This document shows positions 9,001 to 14,561 of a DNA stretch of 50,282 bases, piece after piece. This DNA comes from Candidatus Micrarchaeota archaeon (GTDB lineage: Archaea > Micrarchaeota > Micrarchaeia > Anstonellales > JAGGTN01). The translations under genes and the position numbers were made by a program. The stretch is from positions 1-50,282 of the forward strand of contig JAGGTN010000020.1 in NCBI GenBank assembly GCA_021163645.1, given 5' to 3'. The notes below the pieces were generated by a model. It was not told where the DNA came from. It saw nothing but the letters and a program-made list of their open reading frames with translations, and did no database searches. Position 1 is the stretch's first letter, and each line of letters starts with the position of its first letter.

Positions 9001-10568
9001 AAACTAAATTCTATCATTGGAATTCTGGTACTGAAAAATGGGATTATGTAACTGGTTCAACAAATACAGGCATATTCTTAAAAGGCGGTGACACTGCATG
9101 TTTTGATATTGACAATGATGGGACAAATGAATTAATCGTCAAGAAGAAGCATAAGGATAGATTCGAAGTATATGAATGGGATGATAATCATTGGACAAAT
9201 GATGGAACATATACACATGATAACTTGATAACCGGGCATAGTGAGATCGCTGGTGGTAATGTTAGAGGTTTTGAGACTGTGTATGTTGATTCAGATGACC
9301 AGCCAGATACTGATGGTGACGGTGTATCTGATTGTGTGGATTATTGTCCAGAAACTCCTGGAACAGTTTATCATGGTTGTCCTGGTGCAATCACAACCAC
9401 TGCTAACATATATGATATCGGTTGGCATGGAGTAAAAGGGCATGAACCAAGGGATGGAGCTGAAGATGATGTGTATGAATTGGATTGTGTAAATTCAGTG
9501 CTTGGTAATTCAACAATTGCATCAGAATATGGATTTAGTACAACAACGTGGAAAGATTTGACAAGCCATATATATTCTCACAAAGACAAAGAATTAAATG
9601 CGATAAGAGAAAATTGCCCCTCATGGACATGTGAGATGGATGACACAGGTCAATGTACTGTAGGCGTTCCAAATGGGGAGTATGTTGTATTCTCACCTTT
9701 TGAAACAACGCAAATGGTACCCCATGGTGAAAGAGTATGTTATCAAAAATGTACTGGTCAACCATATAAGAAAGGAAGACATTGTTGGTGGAAGAGAGAC
9801 CACAGGGAAGGTAACCATAAGTATTGTACAAATAAATGTGGGATTAAGTGGACTGTTAAACCAGAGCAGTTTGATTTCTCAGTTTATAGGCCATCGTTAA
9901 CAGTGTCAAACTCTCTTGAGACAGCGCATTTAGACTATATTAAGACGCCATGGGGTAAGTTAGTGCCAGCAGTATTCATGGGCACAATTGTGGGTTCTGA
10001 ACTGAATGTGATTCCTTCAGAATACCTAATTGAAGTGCCAGAAGGTGAAGTGATACCTGATGATATTGCAGAGGGTGATGTAGATTATATATATCCAATG
10101 TTGTTTGAAGCTGACTCTCCGTGGGAAGTCAATGTATCAATAACACCGCCAGAAGGGTATCAAGTGGCGACGGATACTGAAGCAGAGATTAATAATTCGG
10201 TTGATAGTATCGTAATTGGGATTGTCGCAAATGTAACAAATGGAACTACTCCTGCAATGATTACAATGGCAATGGTACCATCATCAATAAACTTAATGAG
10301 AGCTGTAGTGCAGGCTAAACATCCATGGGAAACAAAATGGAAAGAACAGACTATTGATGTTAAGACAACGTTCGAACCGCAACCAAAAAAGACAGAAAAA
10401 CCATTGTTTGATGCAGGTTCAATAATAACAGTAGTGGTTGCACTTCTTGTACTTGTCATGATAGGAGTATGGTTAAGGCGTAGTACTATGAAGATTAAAC
10501 CGCATTCTAATAACTCAAACCTTGTAAAAACAAAGAAAAAGGTAAAGAATAAGAGAGGAAAAAAATAA
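3..10568 (+). CDS. Giant cysteine-rich mosaic surface protein / putative adhesin, 5'-partial (frame open to window start)
   Basis: The frame is uninterrupted from nt 3; the track start at 45 is an internal GTG with no upstream stop. The translation shows five [27 protein letters not shown] modules and three clear plus one divergent block of NNxIxxN-type parallel beta-helix (PbH1/NosD-like) repeats. It also shows TSP-type-3-like DxDxDG..NC repeats, a dozen or more CxxYxDExxC..CxW repeats, MopE-like DCDDxxxxxHPGAxExC..DxDCDG motifs and FG-GAP/VCBS-like DxDNDGxxELIV repeats. It ends in a hydrophobic helix plus a Lys-rich tail. Confidence 0.9.
   Translation, partial: [3521 protein letters not shown]
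72..152 (+). repeat. Asp/Cys-rich module copy 1 ([27 protein letters not shown])
   Basis: Read directly from the translation; shares the gattgtgcggatgatcc core at DNA level with the other copies. Confidence 0.8.
438..518 (+). repeat. Asp/Cys-rich module copy 2 ([27 protein letters not shown], followed by TPECCDL)
   Basis: Read from the translation; a 23-nt exact DNA match (gattgtgcggatgatcctgcttg) with copy 3. Confidence 0.8.
1359..1439 (+). repeat. Asp/Cys-rich module copy 3 ([27 protein letters not shown], followed by VPECCDL)
   Basis: Read from the translation; same supermodule order as copy 2 (module, ECCDL, beta-helix block). Confidence 0.8.
3138..3215 (+). repeat. Asp/Cys-rich module copy 4, divergent ([26 protein letters not shown])
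   Basis: Read from the translation; precedes the fourth beta-helix-like block. Confidence 0.7.
4134..4304 (+). repeat. Thrombospondin type-3-like calcium-binding repeats inside the giant ORF
   Basis: [57 protein letters not shown]: tandem DxDxDGxxDxxDNC..NPDQxD units. Confidence 0.7.
5457..5606 (+). other. Internal hydrophobic helix / KRKRK / signal-peptide-like helix junction within the giant ORF
   Basis: [55 protein letters not shown]. The in-frame ATG ATG at 5514 is preceded by GGGGTG (5505-5510), which resembles the GGTGA-type RBS upstream of other genes in this window. Confidence 0.6.
5641..7700 (+). repeat. Array of ~20-aa three-cysteine repeats, C-x2-[YFWL]-x-[DNST]-[EDQ]-x2-C-x4-6-C-x-W
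   Basis: Examples: [209 protein letters not shown]..QCEW, plus variants. Confidence 0.75.
5799..5879 (+). repeat. Asp/Cys-rich module copy 5 ([27 protein letters not shown])
   Basis: Read from the translation; first recognisable module after the internal TM junction. Confidence 0.8.
8740..9150 (+). repeat. FG-GAP/VCBS-like repeats (beta-propeller-type) inside the giant ORF
   Basis: [43 protein letters not shown] and [18 protein letters not shown], spaced about 60 aa apart. Confidence 0.55.
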
Positions 10569-10574
10569 TTCCAT

Positions 10575-10600
10575 ATTTTATTTTTATTTTCTTTGTTTCT
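10575..10600 (+). terminator. Oligo-T tract downstream of the giant ORF (archaeal-style terminator candidate)
   Basis: tattttatttttattttctttgtttc lies just after the TAA at 10566-10568. Confidence 0.3.
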
Positions 10601-10719
10601 GAATGGCCATTGTGGCTTTCTCAAAAAGAGGAACAAATCTAAGATTAGTTGTACCTTTATTATGTGAAATCAAATCTTATTATTAAGGGGCAAGTATTAT
10701 TGAGTCTCTTTAAGATAAA

Positions 10720-11577
10720 ATGAAAAATTATGATATTTCATTTTCTACCACAACTTTTTTAAATATTAAAAGGCATAATATTAGTATGAAACAAGTATTT
10801 AAGAAAGATCTGGGAGTCGAAGAAGGTTCTAAACAAACTGAAGCCAGACAAAAAACACCAGAGAAAAATCAATTTATAAATACGAATCCAATTATGGATT
10901 TTGTAGATAAAGGCTTTTTAAATACTATTACCAGAAAGAGAAGGAAAGGGAATATAGTGGTGAGAATCGCAGAAATTGCTATGCTTACATTTGCCACAAT
11001 TACTGCAGGTATTTCGCTCACAAAGGTTCCATATTTCTATTTCATGACAAAGAACATTGATATAAAATATGGTGCTGAGGTAGCTAAAAAAGAATGGGAT
11101 TTTGACATATATGCCCAATATCTTTTATATCATTATGGGTTAACAGGGGGAATAAAAGAATATTATAAAATTATTCATGAGTATAACAGTTATGATTGTT
11201 GGCTAAAAAGGTTTAAGGAAGCAGGAATTCCGGTCATTCAGGATTTTGACTCATTGTTTACATATATAAACACCAAACCTAGAGTATTTGTACAGTTTTC
11301 TGCGAGGGGATGTCACGGATGTCTTCTCTCAATGCCTTATGTTCTTCAATATGCAAAAAAACATCATGAAGTTTTCTTTGTATACTGTAATCCCTACAAG
11401 AAAATTAATGATGAAGTTGAGGATACACTAAAATCATGGAATATTTATGCAATTCCGACATTTATCTATTTTGAAAATGGAAAGGAGGAAGTTAGGTTCA
11501 TTGGTGAAGTAAGAGATACTACTGCAATAATGAAAATTGTAAACAAAAAGATGAATGATAACGATGAACAACACTGA
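10720..11577 (+). CDS. Membrane-anchored thioredoxin-fold protein (CHGC active-site motif)
   Basis: The C-terminal 110 aa match the thioredoxin pattern: VFVQFSARGCHGCLLSMPYV..NIYAIPTFIYFENGKEEVRFIG, with CxxC and cis-Pro IPT. One hydrophobic helix (IAEIAMLTFATITAGISL) follows TRKRRKGN. The start codon is uncertain; 10783 is an alternative. Confidence 0.7.
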   Translation: MKNYDISFSTTTFLNIKRHNISMKQVFKKDLGVEEGSKQTEARQKTPEKNQFINTNPIMDFVDKGFLNTITRKRRKGNIVVRIAEIAMLTFATITAGISLTKVPYFYFMTKNIDIKYGAEVAKKEWDFDIYAQYLLYHYGLTGGIKEYYKIIHEYNSYDCWLKRFKEAGIPVIQDFDSLFTYINTKPRVFVQFSARGCHGCLLSMPYVLQYAKKHHEVFFVYCNPYKKINDEVEDTLKSWNIYAIPTFIYFENGKEEVRFIGEVRDTTAIMKIVNKKMNDNDEQH

Positions 11578-11665
11578 CTCGAGTGATTATCTATTTCTTA
11601 ATTTCAAATTTATTTAAAAAATAAAAAAAAATAATTGTTGGCATATGTTATATCATTTTGAAAAT

Positions 11666-12400
11666 TTATTTGTACACTTCTGGAAGTTGGTCTGAACGGA
11701 TATGGCCGTTAGTACATTGTGAGTTAACACAGATAGGAGCGCTATCTTCCCTCCATTGACAACAGTAATGCCATCCGACACCACCAGGGCATGGAGAATC
11801 CCAGCAATGTACTGTCCAATCGCTGCTCCCAGGTTGTGTCATAACTGTTCCACTATCATATGGTAATATCAATTGGCTACTACATCCAGAGACATTCATC
11901 AATTGGCCATTTAAATGAAAGTGTGCAATCCCACAATAAACATTACGTATAGTAGAAGCTTGTGATTTATCATTGATAGTAATTATTGGATTCTGCTCTA
12001 TAATTATTGTACCATTTGCCAATGCTTTTTTTGCAGTATATTCATCCACATTGTACTTTTGCATAATCTCTTCAACAAGGAGACCATGTAATTCCACAGT
12101 TCCCATACTCGCTAGAAGATTTAGAGATTGCTGTGCGTTGTTAGTTATTTTATTATCTATATCATTTATCTTATTGTCTATACTATAAGTCCTAGCATCA
12201 AGTGTTTTTAATGTATTCCAGTTGTCCCAAACACCGTTCCATATTTGATATATCGCTGCTGCGATACTGTCTAATGTAGCTTCCACCTGTTTTGGCGCAT
12301 CCATTGCACTTATAATGCTAGTTCCAATTAATAATCCTCCTAATAGGAAGACGGCAAGTGCTCCCCTATTTATTTCAAAACTCATTTCATCTACCTCCAT
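11666..12400 (-). CDS. Secreted or membrane-anchored hypothetical protein with a Cys-rich C-terminal domain
   Basis: N-terminal hydrophobic segment GALAVFLLGGLLIGTSIISA, an Asn/Ile-rich helical middle, and many Cys in the last ~90 aa (CGIAHF..GCSS..HCWDSPCPGG..YCCQW..ICVNSQC). No family recognised. Confidence 0.55.
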   Translation of the reverse strand: MEVDEMSFEINRGALAVFLLGGLLIGTSIISAMDAPKQVEATLDSIAAAIYQIWNGVWDNWNTLKTLDARTYSIDNKINDIDNKITNNAQQSLNLLASMGTVELHGLLVEEIMQKYNVDEYTAKKALANGTIIIEQNPIITINDKSQASTIRNVYCGIAHFHLNGQLMNVSGCSSQLILPYDSGTVMTQPGSSDWTVHCWDSPCPGGVGWHYCCQWREDSAPICVNSQCTNGHIRSDQLPEVYK

Positions 12401-12526
12401 AATAATTTAATTTTTTTATACTGGGTTAATGATTTAATATTAAAACGATGAAAATATTTATAAAGTATTATGGTGAGACTATATGAGATAGGGTGTTGAA
12501 TATTTCAATCTTTTTCTAACAAAAAT

Positions 12527-12869
12527 TTTCAACTCAGATATCCAAAAAGATACGCATCAATTGCTGTGATATCAACTGCTAGAAGATTTCCTTTTATTAA
12601 GCTATTAAGCCAATTCTCATACCTATCCTGATAATCTCTCTTAGTACCAGTTTAAAGAATTCCTCATCTTTCCTGTATTTCCGTTTGGAAATACTGGTAT
12701 GATCTTGAGTTCTTTTAGGACTAAGTGCTTCCACTAACTTAGGATATTCTTTTAATTTACGTTCTGTATCTCTCATACTTACAGCATGAAACAGAGGGGA
12801 TAATAAAACACATTTTAGGAAAGTTTCGTCACCATGCCCTTTCCTACCTCTGTTATCTTCATTTTTCAT
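12527..12869 (-). pseudogene. Decayed IS5/IS4-type transposase remnant (DUF772-like N-terminus plus frameshifted first-Asp segment)
   Basis: The 90-aa ORF reads GRKGHGDETFLKCVLLSPLFHAVSMRDTERKLKEYPKLVEAL..QDHTSISKRKYR, matching the GRP..LK.LLL..S.R..E..L..PDHST.SRFR pattern. After two stops, another frame reads KGNLLAVDITAIDAYLFGYLS*, matching the vaiDsT.i.a pattern, and then ends. The rest of the DDE domain is absent. Confidence 0.6.
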
Positions 12870-13038
12870 TATTCACCCAATTCTTTTTACTATCAACCCA
12901 AACCGCAGAGCTACCGCTAACCTTTTTAATGTGGAAATCCCAGGATTTCCGGGTGGGCTCACCCGTCTTTATGACGGGTGTACTCACTAAAAATATCTAT
13001 TCTTTCAGTCAAACAAAATTAGAAGAGTTTTATAAGAG

Positions 13039-13072
13039 ATTTTTCGACACTATAATATTTTTCGACACTATA
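13039..13072. promoter_or_regulatory. Perfect 16-bp direct repeat ATTTTTCGACACTATA x2 (period 18 bp) upstream of hsp20
   Basis: Copies at 13039-13054 and 13057-13072, about 105-135 bp upstream of the hsp20 ATG at 13176. Confidence 0.4.
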
Positions 13073-13175
13073 GGGTTTTTAACACCAATACAAACATAAA
13101 ATATTTAAACACCTACATCTAAAAAAATATAGGCAATACTGTGTTTATAAGCTTAATATATAAGAGGTGATTTTT

Positions 13176-13742
13176 ATGGATAAGAGGAAAAAAAAGAGAT
13201 TCTTTTGGGATGATGATGATATCTTTGATGAAATGGAAATAGATTTTGATGATATAAAACGAATGGCAGAAAAGATGATGAGAGACATGATGACTTCACC
13301 AGGGATATCTGAAGAAGATTTAGAGAGAATGGCAAGAGACCCTAACTATAGAGTGTTTGGATTTTCAATAAGGATAACTCCAGAAGGAAAACCGATTATT
13401 AGAGAATTTGGGAACATAAAACCAAAAGCGTCTGAGAGTAAGATAACGCTTAATGAGAGAGAGCCTTTGATAGATGTGTTTGAGAGTAGGGATGGTAAGA
13501 AGATATCTGTGATAGCCGAGATGCCAGGTGTTGCTAAGGAAAATATAGACCTCGATTTGTCAGACCATATGCTTATCATAAAGAGTACTGATAAACAAAG
13601 GAGATATTATAAAGAGGTTCCATTACCATCAGATGTTGATTCCAATGATGTTAGAGCAACGTATAACAATGGTGTCCTAACAGTTGAATTCAAGAAAGTG
13701 AGCAAACAGGCAAAGAAAACTAAGAAGATAAAGATTGATTAA
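13176..13742 (+). CDS. hsp20: Small heat-shock protein, Hsp20/alpha-crystallin family
   Basis: Alpha-crystallin domain pattern ISVIAEMPGVAKENIDLDLSDHMLIIKS..YYKEVPLPSDVDSNDVRATYNNGVLTVEFKK. The ATG at 13176 is preceded by AGAGGTGA; the track's GTG at 13167 lies inside that RBS. Confidence 0.85.
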   Translation: MDKRKKKRFFWDDDDIFDEMEIDFDDIKRMAEKMMRDMMTSPGISEEDLERMARDPNYRVFGFSIRITPEGKPIIREFGNIKPKASESKITLNEREPLIDVFESRDGKKISVIAEMPGVAKENIDLDLSDHMLIIKSTDKQRRYYKEVPLPSDVDSNDVRATYNNGVLTVEFKKVSKQAKKTKKIKID

Positions 13743-13750
13743 TATTTTCA

Positions 13751-14455
13751 TTAATCTCTTACAATTGTTCCATTATGTTTCTTTCCCATAATGGCTTTCT
13801 CTACATCAGTATAATTCTGTCCTTTGACAAAATGTAGTTCTATGTTGTGTATTAAAGCTAGTTTCGTTCCTAACATATCAAATATGATATGTTCGCCTGC
13901 CATGCCTGTTGCAGATCTGAATACAATGTTTAGCAATTCGCGATGATTCATTTTATTAATCTTCTTAGCTTTTGGATTTTTATTAGGGTCAGAATCATAA
14001 ACTCCATTCACGTTGCTTACATTAACCAATCGTTTTGCATTGCTTGCGATGGATAGTATGACTGAATCAGCATCTGATGTCATGCCGGGTGATACACCTC
14101 CAGTGACAACAACGTTGTATATATTCAACACATCTCGGAGTTTAACCGTGAAATCACAACTACTTAAATATTCTGGGTATACGTTGACTCCTTTTGCGTT
14201 TAGGATTCGTATGACATAAGCAGCATTTAATCGCGTTGCGAGTATTCCTACTTCATCACATTCTATCTCTGAGATATTGAATTTCCTCATCACGTTTGGA
14301 TAAGCTCGTGCAATGTAACCTCCTCCTGTAACGATAACGATTTTTTCTTTTTTACTGATTTTTTTAATTATATCCGAGAACCTAGATATGAACCTAGTAT
14401 CTGGTTCTCCTGTTCCGTTGATAACACTCCCTCCTAATGATAATACGACTGTCAT
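13751..14455 (-). CDS. pyrH: Uridylate (UMP) kinase, archaeal type
   Basis: Amino-acid-kinase fold motifs VVLSLGGSVI, IVIVTGGG, VVVTGGVSPGMTSDADS, VNGVYDSDPNKNP. The ATG at 14455 follows AAGGTGAT; the track's GTG at 14464 is inside the RBS. Confidence 0.8.
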   Translation of the reverse strand: MTVVLSLGGSVINGTGEPDTRFISRFSDIIKKISKKEKIVIVTGGGYIARAYPNVMRKFNISEIECDEVGILATRLNAAYVIRILNAKGVNVYPEYLSSCDFTVKLRDVLNIYNVVVTGGVSPGMTSDADSVILSIASNAKRLVNVSNVNGVYDSDPNKNPKAKKINKMNHRELLNIVFRSATGMAGEHIIFDMLGTKLALIHNIELHFVKGQNYTDVEKAIMGKKHNGTIVRD

Positions 14456-14561
14456 ATTTATCACCTTGTTTAATTACATATTAAAAATGCTTATCAACCC
14501 TTTGATTAATATAAAAGGGATTAAATTTATTAATCTGTGTATTCATATTTAATATGGTGTT

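Noticed and set aside
421-10636. Numerous 60-160-aa ORFs on the minus strand and in off-frames inside the giant gene (e.g. 421..621, 2106..2396, 4126..4389, 7752..8057, 10160..10636).
   Set aside because: All are nested within or antisense to a 10.5-kb ORF that has clear domain content. Their translations are low-complexity and carry no motifs.
12890-12990. Possible tRNA or split-tRNA half in the GC-rich hairpin patch (e.g. cccgt-ctttatg-acggg as an anticodon arm; ggttagcggtagctctgc on the minus strand as a D-arm-like segment).
   Set aside because: No acceptor or T arm could be paired on either strand. The candidate loop has a pyrimidine at position 37 on the plus strand and lacks U33 on the minus strand. 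Kept only as an unexplained structured element.
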